This document shows positions 1-11,876 of a stretch of DNA of 64,000 nucleotides, in pieces. Source of the DNA: a virus (taxonomy: Duplodnaviria > Heunggongvirae > Uroviricota > Caudoviricetes); the IMG/VR virus record IMGVR_UViG_3300021431_000082, positions 72,047 through 136,046 of that record; one strand, given 5' to 3'. Both the position numbers and the translations under genes were made by a program. The notes beneath the pieces were generated by a model. The model saw nothing but the letters and a program-made list of their open reading frames with translations. It was not told the DNA's origin and made no database searches. Numbering within the stretch: the first letter of the stretch is position 1; the number at the start of each line of letters is the position of its first letter.

Positions 1-633
1 TGATTTGTGATTAAGTTCCTTTACCTTTGCGCTCCAAGTTTTCCATGCTTCCTTAAATTCGCTTGCGGGTACAAGTATGATCGGAGTGTAATCATCCAAT
101 ACATACTTGACACCGTTCGCCTCCAGATACTTTTCCAGATCAGTCATAGGCGTTCGCCCTCATTCTCTTCCTGGAAATCTTCGTGAGGTTGGTCACACGC
201 TCATCATCGGGATCTCCGTAGGTGTGAATCTCCAGAAGATCAGGATCGCCAGACTTCTCATCCGTAACTAATGAAGAGATGATGTACTCCTTTCCATTCG
301 GCAGAGCGTAGGTGGTGATCACTCTCGGGTAATCATCCTGGCAGCAGTAAATGTTAATGGAATCTCCGTTTCTAAGCTCAAGCTTCTGCATCTTTGTCAT
401 GTTCGTTTCCTCCTTCATATTGATTGTATTTTATGTTCTGAATCACATATACCCAGGATAATCGTATCCATTCTTTCTTCTGAACTCTTCTTTCGCTTTG
501 TTATACTTCGCAATGTTCTTCTGCTTCTCATTTGCTTTATATGCAACCCAAGCCCAAAGCATAATCACACCGACGATGCCGCCGTTGAACAGCATCATCA
601 CACAAGATATTGCAATTAGTCCTACAATTTCCA

Positions 634-903
634 TTACGCCACCTCCTCTGTATACCCAATCTTACAATCTTCAAAGATACCATCCGAAAGCTGACCTTTG
701 AATTCAGCATCGCATTCAGCAGCCGTGTTCCTTGTGATTCTGATCAGGCTATAATCGTTCGTCCCTGTCTTATCGCTGTTCTCTACCTCGATGATCCTTA
801 CACCATCGCGTTCACAGCTGAAGTCGTACACATAAGACTCGTTGAAGCTTTCCTTCTGCCGATGGCCATCCATTCCGTAGACTTTCCATGTTCTTGTAAC
901 CAT
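634..903 (-). CDS. Conserved phage hypothetical protein (WKVYGxDGHRQ motif)
   Basis: 89-aa ORF with AAGGAGG RBS; motif recalled from gut phage early genes. Confidence 0.7.
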   Translation of the reverse strand: MVTRTWKVYGMDGHRQKESFNESYVYDFSCERDGVRIIEVENSDKTGTNDYSLIRITRNTAAECDAEFKGQLSDGIFEDCKIGYTEEVA

Positions 904-1056
904 TTCTACCTCCTTACATGCTCATGATCAGTGCCGCAATAACGTGTGCCCACATTGCAACGCCAACATGTTTCGCAAACTCTTTTCCATTTCCGGTGTA
1001 GCAGAATCCCATTACAACAGCTCCCATTAGTACGATCTTCAGCATGTTAATCCTCC

Positions 1057-1371
1057 TTATACAATATCCACATAGTGCCATCCGGTATATCTATCAACAC
1101 AATCCTCTGCGATGTCTTCCTTTGGATCATAGTAGCCAGTTCCAAAGCAGTGCGTTCCGAACAGCCGGTCAAGTCCGTGGTAGATCATGTCGGCCTGCTT
1201 CTCTTCGCTTACCAGAAGTTCATTACCGTCTGTCCACATCGACAGCGTTCCTTCCTTATTAAAAGAAGCCGCTTTCTCGATGATCCTCACAAACAGATCA
1301 GGATCTTCAAGACTCAGCGTCTTCTCTGCTTCTTCGCTTTTCAGCCAATCATTTAACTTATCCCACATCAT
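1057..1371 (-). CDS. Hypothetical protein
   Basis: 104-aa ORF, GGAGG RBS, overlaps neighbour by ATGA. Confidence 0.7.
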   Translation of the reverse strand: MMWDKLNDWLKSEEAEKTLSLEDPDLFVRIIEKAASFNKEGTLSMWTDGNELLVSEEKQADMIYHGLDRLFGTHCFGTGYYDPKEDIAEDCVDRYTGWHYVDIV

Positions 1372-1605
1372 ACGGCCTCCTTCTCAACAAACTCTCTCAG
1401 TTCATCCAGTGATAACTCTTTTACCTTCTTGTAGCAGACCGTCTTGGTCCAGGTGATATTCTTATTTGAAAGCATCTTCATAGCTCGCTTCTCAAGCCGC
1501 TTCCGTTCACACTGAATCCAGTAGTCATGTTCCAGCTTCTGGAGAAACGGGCAATTCTTTTCACAACACTTGTGTTCCTTGATTGCCGCCGCTGTCAGAA
1601 ATCCC

Positions 1606-1938
1606 TTATGCGCTTTGCTGTGACAGATTGCGCATGGCTTTTTTGCTCCTTTTGCAAAACTGATCTGCTTCATCCTTCGCCTCCTCCTTGATCTTTTTAA
1701 TCAGATAATCTCCGCTAACATTTGTCATTATCTTGAAGCGTTCGCTTCTGAAGAATTCTTCGATTTCATATACACCGGCGAGATACCCTGTCTTAAGATA
1801 CGTTCTGTAGTCTTCGACAGCTTTTTCTATAACTGCATTTGAAAGCAACTGAATCGTACTCATTCCCGGTGTATTATCGTAGATATAGTTGTATCTATAT
1901 ATAACATCCCTTCGTATCGTCTTATTTTTAAGTTTCAT
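1606..1938 (-). CDS. Conserved phage hypothetical protein (NAVIEKAVEDYR...FFRSE)
   Basis: 110-aa ORF, coupled to upstream gene. Confidence 0.7.
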   Translation of the reverse strand: MKLKNKTIRRDVIYRYNYIYDNTPGMSTIQLLSNAVIEKAVEDYRTYLKTGYLAGVYEIEEFFRSERFKIMTNVSGDYLIKKIKEEAKDEADQFCKRSKKAMRNLSQQSA

Positions 1939-2384
1939 CAGAATTCCCTTCCATAGATCACTCCGTCCGCCTCTGCCTTCCAGTAAAGTTCCTGCGTATT
2001 GTCTGAAGTATATTCTTTTGAGAATTCTTCGTAGTTTTCATATCCGGTCAGCTCAATATTCTCTTTTACCCAATCGACCGGCATGAGAACTTCCATATAA
2101 TTATCATCTCCGTACTTATCAGGGCGATCCCAGAAGTCGAGATTGTACAGGTCACGGTAACAGCCAATCCAAACCAGATTAGCCGGAGCCAGATCATAGC
2201 CTTTTACTTCTTTATCAGTCAACGGCTTCGTATATTCCAGAACACCCCATGCTTTCCAGTTGATACACGGCACATCAATTCGCTTATCGAAGTTATTAAA
2301 CCAAGCCGGCTTTCCGGGATAAGTTCCGATGCTCACAGGTCTCTGCGTAGAAAAGTAAAAGTTCATTTCAGTTCTCTTTTCCAT
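1938..2384 (-). CDS. Hypothetical protein with polyvalent-protein/DarA-like domain (STQRPVSIGTYP)
   Basis: 148-aa ORF; the motif resembles small domains of polyvalent anti-restriction proteins (from memory). Confidence 0.45.
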   Translation of the reverse strand: MEKRTEMNFYFSTQRPVSIGTYPGKPAWFNNFDKRIDVPCINWKAWGVLEYTKPLTDKEVKGYDLAPANLVWIGCYRDLYNLDFWDRPDKYGDDNYMEVLMPVDWVKENIELTGYENYEEFSKEYTSDNTQELYWKAEADGVIYGREF

Positions 2385-3038
2385 CTAATGTTATCATTAG
2401 TTTGTTAGGTTGTCAATCACTTCTATCTAATGTTGTTAGATCATGCTCGCTTCTGAAAGTATCCAAGCTTTAGCATCTTCCGAAAACTCAATCTTCCCGC
2501 TGTGTGTTCTTCTGTTCGGGCAGATGTATCTGTAAATGTTGGTTACATACCATCTTCCATGTACGTTCTCTGCGGTCCAATGTGTGGACTCAGGAGTGTA
2601 CTTGTACGAACTGGGAAATCTTTCTGCTCCATCCCAGTACACCTTGGTTCCGTTGAGTCTGCTCTTCGGTACGGCGATACCATTCAATGTTTCAATGATA
2701 TCCTTTGCCGTTACTACTCTTACCTTGCATCTTGCCTGCACCTCATCAAGCGCCTTCTGAAGTTTCTCTTCTGCCGTGATATTGATTTTCATTTTCTCTC
2801 TCCTTATGTAAGTTCGTAGGCTTCGATTGTATTTGTCAAATGGTAACAAGCGAATATGGCATAGAGGCCGTTTTGTCGTTTGTCAGCTTGACACGCCAGC
2901 CGTATCGGTTTTGAATGAGATATTCATTAATACGTTTGGCGTCACGATAAGCCGTGGAACGACTGCACCTGCCGAGGCTGACTTCACCAGACATGGCGAG
3001 TTCTTCTACTGTTAAAATAATGTCTAACGGTTCACACT

Positions 3039-3647
3039 TCATAATTCCTCCTTCATATAGTCAAGCGGATTCTCACCTTCAAACTCACACCACGCTTCAA
3101 ACGGTGCGATTTCCATTACGTTGTCAGGATCAGCATATTCATGCAGCCGCATCTCATCTACATCATTGATAAGTCCATAATAGAATAAGCCACAGATACA
3201 ACCGCATACCTGATCGATGGTATAGCCATTATCGAACATCTTGTCAATTTGCTTCTTGATCATTGGAAGAACCATGCAGGTGTAGTCAATGTAGTCAGGC
3301 TCTTCAAGGGGCCAGTCCTCAAAGAACAGATGAAGACCAAGCTCTTCGCATACACCCATCACTTCCTTTTTACTTGTATGCGTAAGCTCCATGACATCGA
3401 GATCTTTTCCGTGATACCAGTCGATGATCTTACGGGCAGCATCAACACCGATATCATCACCGAACAGCATGTTCAACCATGCGTACCGATCCGCATCAGA
3501 CAAATCCATTCCGTTGTCGTGCATCGCCATGTAATAAAAGGCTACGCCGGCATTGGGTAACTGGTCTACGATCTCACTTCCGATCTTGCTTACAAGCCAC
3601 TCTCTCTTATTCAATTTCCGTACCTCCTCACAAGTGTATCGAAACAC
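3039..3647 (-). CDS. Hypothetical protein
   Basis: 202-aa acidic ORF in operon. Confidence 0.75.
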   Translation of the reverse strand: MFRYTCEEVRKLNKREWLVSKIGSEIVDQLPNAGVAFYYMAMHDNGMDLSDADRYAWLNMLFGDDIGVDAARKIIDWYHGKDLDVMELTHTSKKEVMGVCEELGLHLFFEDWPLEEPDYIDYTCMVLPMIKKQIDKMFDNGYTIDQVCGCICGLFYYGLINDVDEMRLHEYADPDNVMEIAPFEAWCEFEGENPLDYMKEEL

Positions 3648-4076
3648 TTAACTGCATCTTCTATTCTAAGAAAATACTTCCAAACATACGGATTTCCACT
3701 CATGTCTTCCGACACCATCGGAGCAGCAGAAACATCGTAACCGCCATCTTCATTCTCCGTAAGCAGAATGCACATCTTTTTTACAATCTTCTTTTTAAGA
3801 CACGTTATCATTTAAGCCTCCTTACCTCAACCATAACTGCCTCATCTCCAAACTCTTCTTCCAAAGCAAGCTCGACTCCGATGTCAATGCACCGATCACC
3901 TTTAAAGTCTTTCTTCCATTTCTCTATCGCCGATCTCGCTCTTGTTTCCATCTCATCAAAACCGACAATAACCCATTCAGCAAAGATGATGTAGATGTCA
4001 AGACCAATATCCAGATCGGTTTCATCTTCATGTCCAGCTTCCGTCCACAGGTTTAAATACTCACCAACCGCAGCTT

Positions 4077-4391
4077 TCATTCTTCGTCCTCCTTAATCTC
4101 ATCACAGCCCCAGTCAATCAGAGCATCTACAACATCACTTCGCTTGTAATCAATCCTCTGTGTGTAACATTCGTCTCCAACATCACCCCAGATACGAAGA
4201 ACGACATCCTCTTCTGTCTGTCGTTCGGCTCTAAGGTTGGGATCTTCTGCAACCTCAGCCCCGGCAAGATCAATCTCCACATCGGTTCCCTTCGGAATAA
4301 AGTAGAGGTAGATACCAGGTGCTCCAGGAGCTCCGTTTACCTCTGCACAGATCGTTCCAGCACTCGTCTTAACTTCGATTTTCTTTTCCAT
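4077..4391 (-). CDS. Hypothetical protein
   Basis: 104-aa ORF in operon. Confidence 0.7.
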   Translation of the reverse strand: MEKKIEVKTSAGTICAEVNGAPGAPGIYLYFIPKGTDVEIDLAGAEVAEDPNLRAERQTEEDVVLRIWGDVGDECYTQRIDYKRSDVVDALIDWGCDEIKEDEE

Positions 4392-4393
4392 GA

Positions 4394-4792
4394 TTAGTCC
4401 CCCTCAAACATAAAGTCAACGCCATCGCTAACATCAAATCCTGCTGCTCTTAACCTCTGTACAACAATTGCGCCGGCCTCATCCTTGCTTGTAGCATCAA
4501 CATTAAAGCGAAGAATCGGTGCAACTTTTCCATAAAACTTTCGCTCGATACCAAAGAACTTGCTCAGGCGATCCAGGCCAAACTTCTCAATCTCTGTGAG
4601 ATAATCTGGCTCATACTCATCTTTATCCAATATCTCCCAGATCTTCTCGAATTCGACAGCAAGATCATATATCTCTTCGAAGATAACTCTCGAATCGAAT
4701 TCGCCGTCTGCTTTCTCTTTCAGTTCATATGCAATCAGAGTTAACTCAGATACGTTCTCTGCAACTTTCTTGCCGTTTATCTCGAAACCCAT
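4394..4792 (-). CDS. Hypothetical protein
   Basis: 132-aa ORF, GGAGG RBS. Confidence 0.7.
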   Translation of the reverse strand: MGFEINGKKVAENVSELTLIAYELKEKADGEFDSRVIFEEIYDLAVEFEKIWEILDKDEYEPDYLTEIEKFGLDRLSKFFGIERKFYGKVAPILRFNVDATSKDEAGAIVVQRLRAAGFDVSDGVDFMFEGD

Positions 4793-5808
4793 TTCCCTAC
4801 CTCCTTGATAAGCTCGTTTGCTTTTTCCATAAACTTATCATGCTCAGGATCATCCCAGCACTCACACTCATCAGCAATTTCCTTGAGCCAATCCAGAATG
4901 CTTTCGCTATCCTTGGCAAGCCCAGTCATAAAGTTCTCAATACCTTCTGCTCTTGATCTGAACGCATCGGCATAACCATACGGGTCCCAGTCGTCAGCGA
5001 AGTCATCAAGCTTAATCGCTAAAATAAACATCTTCCTCCACCTCCATCACTTCCGTATCCATTGTCTTCCAATCATTCAGATCATCGGTATCTGCATAGG
5101 CAAGCGCTTCTCTTTCGGCCTCTTCTTCCGTCTCCGCTTCAACCGGAATCCATGTTTCCACAACTGTTCTTACTCTAACCTGCCATGCTTTCATGCTCCA
5201 ACCGCTCCTTTCTCTCCGTAGATATGGAACACTTCGGTTTCCGGTGCCCACATTGCGTTGTAGTCGCTTTCATAAACAATCGCTTTGGCTTTTGCAATAG
5301 CCTCTTCCTCATTGTTCGCTTCGATTGTTACATCCATCAGACCGCTCAGCCTTATCGTCATGTTGTAAGTCATCAGTAGATCGCCTCCTTATCAATATCA
5401 TTTCCATTTGCGTCACGGAGTACAGCTACGTTCACTCTTCCTCCCATAAATAATTCCATTCTCTTTCTCCGATCTCGCTTTTGATCCGCTCAAACATCCA
5501 TACCTTTTCTTCTGCTGTCAGAGGAATTTCATATTCATCGTCTTCGGGGTAACAAGAACTACCGTTGCAGACGATGGCACAGAATGATGTCACCTCTTCC
5601 TGTGTAAAATACAGTTTAAAGTCATACCAACCATTAAGATCCATTTCGTCGTTCTCCATAAAGAACGTTGGGAGTCTTTTCGCTTTCCTGATTTCATCCA
5701 TCATATAATCAAGGTCTTTAGTATCTTCGATCCAGACATGAGCCTCATCCTCCTCATGCCGATCAAAATATGTTACAAAAATGGCATCGTTAATAAACTC
5801 CTTTGTCA

Positions 5809-6315
5809 TTACGCCACCTCTCTTTCTAACGGCACAAGTCCGATCTTTTCGCACAACTCTCTCACTTCATCATCAGTGAGAATTCGGTTTACCTTCATCT
5901 CGCCGCTGATGATCCACTCACCACGCATGGTGGCGGTAGTCTTGTAGCGGTAGAATCCATTGGGTACATACCGGAGACACTTATCTCTCGGAAGCTTACC
6001 CATGGAATTGACAAGCTCCTTAAGGTCTTCGCCACGATATTCCACCTCAGCCCAGACAGTTCCTTTCTTCATGTACTTCTGTCCATCCTTTCCCCGGCTG
6101 TAGATATGCTCTACATGAGGAGCGTCATCGTTTAGATGCCAGCCGGGACGATAAGCCAGGTCACCGAGTTTAGACTTGACATGCTTTCCATCTTCGGCTT
6201 TTGGACCTGCTTTCGCTTTCAGCCATACGCCAACTTCAATCGGCTCGTTTGCATATACATACAGTGGATACAGCACTCCATTCTTAATTCTGAACAGCTT
6301 CCATCCGATCATCAT
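5809..6315 (-). CDS. Conserved phage hypothetical protein (GxLAYRPGWH motif)
   Basis: 168-aa ORF; motif common in gut phages. Confidence 0.75.
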   Translation of the reverse strand: MMIGWKLFRIKNGVLYPLYVYANEPIEVGVWLKAKAGPKAEDGKHVKSKLGDLAYRPGWHLNDDAPHVEHIYSRGKDGQKYMKKGTVWAEVEYRGEDLKELVNSMGKLPRDKCLRYVPNGFYRYKTTATMRGEWIISGEMKVNRILTDDEVRELCEKIGLVPLEREVA

Positions 6316-6345
6316 TCTATCCTCGCTTTCTAATGTTGTTACATT

Positions 6346-6717
6346 TCAGCACATACCGTCCAGAACTATTTCTCCATTTTCATCCTTAACGGTATAACTG
6401 ATTAAATTCTCATCATCGCCAAGCATTCCGGCTGCAATCTCATAAGCCTCGTTCTCATCGAACGCGCTCACATCAAGCTCACCTCTGGTAGTGTATGAAA
6501 TTGTTACAGTGTACTTTCTTTTTAACGGAACGAGGTCGGCACCCCTTGCTACGTGGCCACAATTTACACACACCCATTCGCTGTTATCATCTTCGTCTTT
6601 GATTGTTTCGCTTCTCGTAACAGAGAGCTGTTTACCGTCACCGTCAACGAGCCATGTCTGATCGAGAATCGCACGGATATAGAAATGTTTTCCATTACAC
6701 ATCGGGCAAACCTTCAT
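6346..6717 (-). CDS. Zinc-ribbon protein
   Basis: CPMC...CVNC pairs, GGAGG RBS. Confidence 0.7.
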   Translation of the reverse strand: MKVCPMCNGKHFYIRAILDQTWLVDGDGKQLSVTRSETIKDEDDNSEWVCVNCGHVARGADLVPLKRKYTVTISYTTRGELDVSAFDENEAYEIAAGMLGDDENLISYTVKDENGEIVLDGMC

Positions 6718-6872
6718 ATGTTTTTACCTCCTTCTAATGTTGTTCCACTTTTCGCTTCGCCATCCTTACACCAGTCCCACGGTACTCTTACCCATCTGTC
6801 ACGGTCGCATCTGCCTACCACATAAGGGCTTTCTTTGTAATGAATGCAATCAATACAGTTGATCTTATCCAT
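6714..6872 (-). CDS. Small Cys-rich protein (MDKINCIDCIHY..., 52 aa; not in ORF track)
   Basis: GAGGTG RBS; its TGA overlaps the ATG of the next gene. Confidence 0.6.
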   Translation of the reverse strand: MDKINCIDCIHYKESPYVVGRCDRDRWVRVPWDWCKDGEAKSGTTLEGGKNI

Positions 6873-6887
6873 TGTTATCACCTCTTT

Positions 6888-7517
6888 CTAATGTTGTAAG
6901 AAATTTCCAATGATATTCCACCGGTACAGATCATCATCATAATCAATCCTACCTTCTCTTTCTCCGAACCACACGTCGGTTTCCTTATGATGGTTTGCAT
7001 CAAGATACGAATACATATCGTTAATAGTCGCCCGGTACGCATCACTATCGTCATCAAAACACGCAACTGCGAATTCCGTTTTCCCATCATCATGCCAATC
7101 TATGAGAATGTAAGGTTCGTTTCCTATCTCCCAAATCTCATAGGTAACCCAGTCATCATCGGAAGTGTAACGTGTTATGCCGCAACTAATACTCACGTCA
7201 CAGTGAATTCCTTTGAACTGATTTTCTACATACCCTACAGCCTGTTCTCTTGTATCGAAGATGCCGTACTTTAATTCACCGCGATTATCGCAGTCGTGCC
7301 CGACCATAAGATAACTTGTGACCCGCCTAACCAAGTTTCCATTCTTCCCAAGCTCACCTCTTATATAGTCATTGAAACACAAACCGTCACAACACTTCGG
7401 GTTTTCCATTGCGAACTTGTAGAAGTCTTTTCTTACCTCTTCGAGCGTCATAATTTCACCGGTTTCCTTGTTGTAATACTCTTCCATTTTGCCATCCTTT
7501 CCTATATCAGCTAACAA
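6888..7517 (-). CDS. Hypothetical protein ending at TAG
   Basis: About 200-aa ORF; start uncertain (probably MEEYY). Confidence 0.7.
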   Translation of the reverse strand: MLADIGKDGKMEEYYNKETGEIMTLEEVRKDFYKFAMENPKCCDGLCFNDYIRGELGKNGNLVRRVTSYLMVGHDCDNRGELKYGIFDTREQAVGYVENQFKGIHCDVSISCGITRYTSDDDWVTYEIWEIGNEPYILIDWHDDGKTEFAVACFDDDSDAYRATINDMYSYLDANHHKETDVWFGEREGRIDYDDDLYRWNIIGNFLQH

Positions 7518-9019
7518 ACGCCCGTTTGTCAGCCACCAAACTCACTTTCCATAGTGGCCATTAATGTTACGGTATCCATCTGCTTCAAGCTTCTCCCTCA
7601 GCATATCAACATCACGGCTGAGTTTCGCTTCTACTATTGTTGCACCTTCTGAGTATCCGCCATCCCAATTGACGAATGTTTTGGTCTCCGTATCAAACGC
7701 AACCATATTGTAGCTACCATCCTTACGGCAATGACTATAGTAGGCTACTTTGATTTTCATCTTTTCTCCTCCATAATTTTAGGGCCGTCATCGCCCCATT
7801 TGACCTGCAATTCATGGATATGCTTATTTTTTTAACTCCAGTATTGCATACCAAAAAGTGTCTGGTATCTGGTTGCACTCATGTAATTGCCTTCCAATCA
7901 GATACACTTTCGTTTCTGGATTTACATGAGAATACAAGATTTTTTCCAGTTCGGTTCTCATCTTTTTTCTCCCTCACAGCTTCTTTTGTTTATTTTATTC
8001 AGATGTCACGAGTTTCAGATTTATACATCCACCCCCACTTCTTTAAGCGTATAGTTTACGTTGGCCCAGTAGGCATCCCGGTAACTGTCACTTCTATCTA
8101 ATGTTTTCTCAAAGATCGGAAGAGCCTTAAGTGCGGTGTCTCTCTTCTCCACGGCAGACATCTCTTCTGGCATTCTGGATTCAAGGTCTTCAACTCGATT
8201 CCATTTCATGAACTCCAGACCAGCCTCGATCAGCTCTTCATCTGTCAACTTAAACTGTCTTCCATTTCTTTCGATTGTCATAACTCCTCCTCTTCAAACA
8301 TATTTCCGGGAATATAACTGTCTCCGTCAAAGTCAAACTCATGCTTGTGTTCCCCAATCCAACCATCACAGATTTCCACATCGTATGACTTCCGATGTTC
8401 AGCAAGCAGCTCCTGATACTCTTCTTCTGTTACTTCAAATGACACCCCAACCCTTGCCCAAAGTGTCCTCATTCTCAATCTCCTTTCTCGCTTTCCGTTT
8501 TTCCCTCTGCCTGTCGTAATCCTTTTCGCTTTTGTGGATTACGTTGGGCTTACTCCACTGACCTGCATTGATTGCTTCGCGCCTTGCTTCTTTACTTGGT
8601 TTCATTCCCGCTCCCCTTCCTGTATTTCAGCCACCAGAGTTCCGTTGTAGAGCAGTACTTGTAACCGTGTTCCTTGGCAATAGCCTTGCATTCTTCATAA
8701 GTCGGCTCAGTTTCTTTTTCGATGAAGACACACTCATCAATGTATGCTTCGCTGTTACTCATATCTAACTGCCAGGTTTTCATTTCAAACCTCCTTATGT
8801 GTTGTTGTTCCTCTGAAGCAGATGCTATAGATCACATCACCTTTGCGTTCCTCGTGCCAGTCACACTTCATATGCGGGTTGTCTTCTGCATGTTTGCATT
8901 CATCGCAGAGCATCATTTCTTCTCCGCAATCCTGACACCTAACGATATACCCGTCTTCTCCTGCGTTGTAGTTCTGGAAGAGATTGGGCCCATCACAATA
9001 TGGACAGGTTTCCACTGCC

Positions 9020-9550
9020 TCACTTACAACTATAATTCCCATACTGATTCTCCTTTCCGAAATATTTCTCCGCATACTCTTCTCCGTAGATTTTCTTGCA
9101 CTCGTTCTCATCCACATCGAAAGCAAACTTCAGAACAAACTCCATTTCCCTCATAAGATAGTGTTTAATAACACGATCTTCCTTATCAGTTGAAGCGAAG
9201 TAGCTGCGGACAGTGTTACGGTAACGGGACAAATACTCTTTTCGTTCGTCACGCCATGCAACTACGTGTCCCATGGCCTCATCAGGACTGCACTGCCAAA
9301 ACTTCTTATCATCTTCATCCCAGAAGTAATTTCCCTCGTAGTCTCCGTAATAGGAAACATACCCGGACACAATATGATCACCATCCTCTTTGACAATCTC
9401 TTCAAGGATGTCTTCGATGTCGCCGTACATCTCTTCAATCTCCAGCTCCGTTCCGATAAGTTTCATGTACCGCCGATTCTCTTCTATGATCTTCTGCGTC
9501 TTTCTTGATACCTCGGTGAACACGATGTTTCCATTATTTAAGACGTACAT
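9020..9550 (-). CDS. Hypothetical protein
   Basis: 176-aa ORF, AAAGGAG RBS. Confidence 0.7.
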   Translation of the reverse strand: MYVLNNGNIVFTEVSRKTQKIIEENRRYMKLIGTELEIEEMYGDIEDILEEIVKEDGDHIVSGYVSYYGDYEGNYFWDEDDKKFWQCSPDEAMGHVVAWRDERKEYLSRYRNTVRSYFASTDKEDRVIKHYLMREMEFVLKFAFDVDENECKKIYGEEYAEKYFGKENQYGNYSCK

Positions 9551-9565
9551 ATGTAATCTCCTTTC

Positions 9566-10141
9566 TTACCAACTTGATACATAGAGCACAACCCAGTTGT
9601 CGAAATCAGTTTCTTTTAACACCTTCTCAAGCGCCTCAATGGTATGATCAATATCTTCCATATAGTATTCGTCATATTCAGTACTACCAAAGAAGAATCC
9701 GCACTGTGTTGGCAAGAGTTTGTTTGCCAGCTTCGGATTATCCTTGACAAACTTACAGGTCGAAAGCAGATCTTCAAGCTGTTCCTTTTCAACCTCATAC
9801 ATGTTGCAATCATCCGTTCCACCTTGCACATTCTCGACAAACCACTTGTGGATCTGGTTCGCTTTTCTCCAGTATGCAATGTTCTGGAAAATAGTCTTGA
9901 AACCGTATTTGCGTTCCATATCCCACGAAGAGTAACGATGGATATATTCTGGCTTGTATACTTTTGTCAATTCTAGATCAACATCCTTGTAGTCAATGCC
10001 GCACCACTCCTTCATGGAGCGTTTCTTATATTTCTCTCCTCTCCCCTTAAAGCCAAAGTATTCATCCACATTACGAAGCTGTCTAAGCGTCACACCATCT
10101 CTCAGTTTCCTTACCTTATTAAGATACATATCAAGTCCCAT
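9566..10141 (-). CDS. Conserved phage protein (MGLDMYL...YWRKANQIHKWF family)
   Basis: 191-aa ORF with recognisable family motif. Confidence 0.8.
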   Translation of the reverse strand: MGLDMYLNKVRKLRDGVTLRQLRNVDEYFGFKGRGEKYKKRSMKEWCGIDYKDVDLELTKVYKPEYIHRYSSWDMERKYGFKTIFQNIAYWRKANQIHKWFVENVQGGTDDCNMYEVEKEQLEDLLSTCKFVKDNPKLANKLLPTQCGFFFGSTEYDEYYMEDIDHTIEALEKVLKETDFDNWVVLYVSSW

Positions 10142-10155
10142 TTTGTTCTCCTTTC

Positions 10156-10761
10156 TTAGATCGACTTGTACTTCGGCTCCTTTTTGTAGCCGTCAAACTT
10201 GTAAAACTCGCATTCGCTTACCTCGACTCCAAGCTGATCGGCAAGGTCTATCTTTATCTTCTCAGGGTCCCATTCACAGGAATACAGTGAAATTCTGGAG
10301 TCATCATCCTCAACGACCCACTCGCTTCCGTTGTTGAAGTAAGCGGTCTCGAACCAATCCACGAAATCACCACCCATGTATTCCGGGAAATAAATACGGT
10401 TCCATTCACCCTGGCAAGAACCATGAATTTCTCTCGTGCCGTAGTCCTCGCCCGTGATGGCAGAGAGTAATCTTGTGATGACATACTCATCACGGTAGCG
10501 GTACTCCCTCATGCAGGTAATAACCGATTCAAGATCGCTCGTCCTCTTAAAGCTGAAATGACTTTTGATGAACCCATCATCATAATCGTCTCTGATATAT
10601 TCAGCGATCTTTTCAGCCTGTCTAAAGGCTTCGCTTTTATGATCCCGGTAGTCATGGTTGCCAGTCACGCTCACATTCTCAAACTGCTCTCCCGTCTCAA
10701 AATCCAAATCGTCAATCGGGCTTTCCCTATGTTCCGGTGCGACTTCATAAAACTTAATCAT
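10156..10761 (-). CDS. Conserved phage hypothetical protein (IHGSCQGEW)
   Basis: 201-aa ORF, AAGGAG RBS. Confidence 0.75.
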   Translation of the reverse strand: MIKFYEVAPEHRESPIDDLDFETGEQFENVSVTGNHDYRDHKSEAFRQAEKIAEYIRDDYDDGFIKSHFSFKRTSDLESVITCMREYRYRDEYVITRLLSAITGEDYGTREIHGSCQGEWNRIYFPEYMGGDFVDWFETAYFNNGSEWVVEDDDSRISLYSCEWDPEKIKIDLADQLGVEVSECEFYKFDGYKKEPKYKSI

Positions 10762-11184
10762 TTTCCTTCTCCTTTCAGATTAAGCTCAGTGATTCCAAGC
10801 TGTTCGCGAGTTACCTTGTTTTCCATCCACAGAATTTTCTTATCCACATTCCATAAAACGCTTGCGCTTACTCCGATTAAGTCATCAGCCGTACCACCAG
10901 CGGTCACACTAATCCGTTCACCATTTTTGAATTTAATCGAAGTAGTGTACTCCCACAGGAATGTGTCTAGCTTTGGGTCGTTCTCCATGTTGAAATCTCC
11001 ATGGAGAATCCACTCATACTCAACTCCGTTTTCCTTCAGGATTTTTTCAATCCATTTGTGGGCAGTTCTCTCAACGAGTTCCATCGCCAACTTTTTATAT
11101 GTCATAGTTCTCCTTTCTGGCCTGTCTCATCAGTTGTGGTAGGCTATCTCCACAAGACCGGGAGTAATCCCGGTTTCGACTCGC

Positions 11185-11799
11185 TTATACCTTCTGTACT
11201 CCGTAAGCGCCGATAAGAAAGCAATCAGGGTTTCCCCACGGTCTCACTTCCTCAATATATACAAGTGTTTTAGATTCCTGTGTTTCATGTGGAGCAATCG
11301 CAAGCACTTTATATTTCTTGCTCGTGTCTACACGTTTTCCATGTGCATACATAGCAACCTTTATCTTATCGTCTACGTTCTCTGCAACCCATTTAGGATA
11401 GAATGGGAAAAGAGCACCCACATCGACTACCTCAACAATATCTCCTACACGGATTTCCTTTTCCGACAGCTTCTCTATCGCAACTTGGGCTGAAAGGTTA
11501 AGGTCATTGTCACATTTCACTTCTGCTTTTTCTCCAGAAATGAGGTTTTTGGCAACCATCTTGTAACCAAGCTTGGTCACCTGAATGGCAAACTCAGCCG
11601 GTTCAAGATCTTCATCAGACCACCACCATCCTACTCCGTCGTTTTCGTTCTGGTCTTCTTCCATCTGGTACGAATCTTCGTATTTGTATCTGATGGTCAT
11701 GACTCTCCCGAGCCACTTATCCATCTTTCCATTCGTATTCCACATGGTTCCCTTCCGTGCAACAATAACCTTATCACCAACTTCAAATCTCATTTCCAT
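11185..11799 (-). CDS. Hypothetical protein (SH3/KOW-like FEVGDKV repeats)
   Basis: 204-aa ORF; FEVGDKV and IRVGDIV segments. Confidence 0.65.
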   Translation of the reverse strand: MEMRFEVGDKVIVARKGTMWNTNGKMDKWLGRVMTIRYKYEDSYQMEEDQNENDGVGWWWSDEDLEPAEFAIQVTKLGYKMVAKNLISGEKAEVKCDNDLNLSAQVAIEKLSEKEIRVGDIVEVVDVGALFPFYPKWVAENVDDKIKVAMYAHGKRVDTSKKYKVLAIAPHETQESKTLVYIEEVRPWGNPDCFLIGAYGVQKV

Positions 11800-11876
11800 T
11801 TTGTCTTCTCCTTTTCTTTTGTTTATTCTGTATTAATTACTTGCCGGTATTACCCGACCGGCGGCGGGATAATTCC

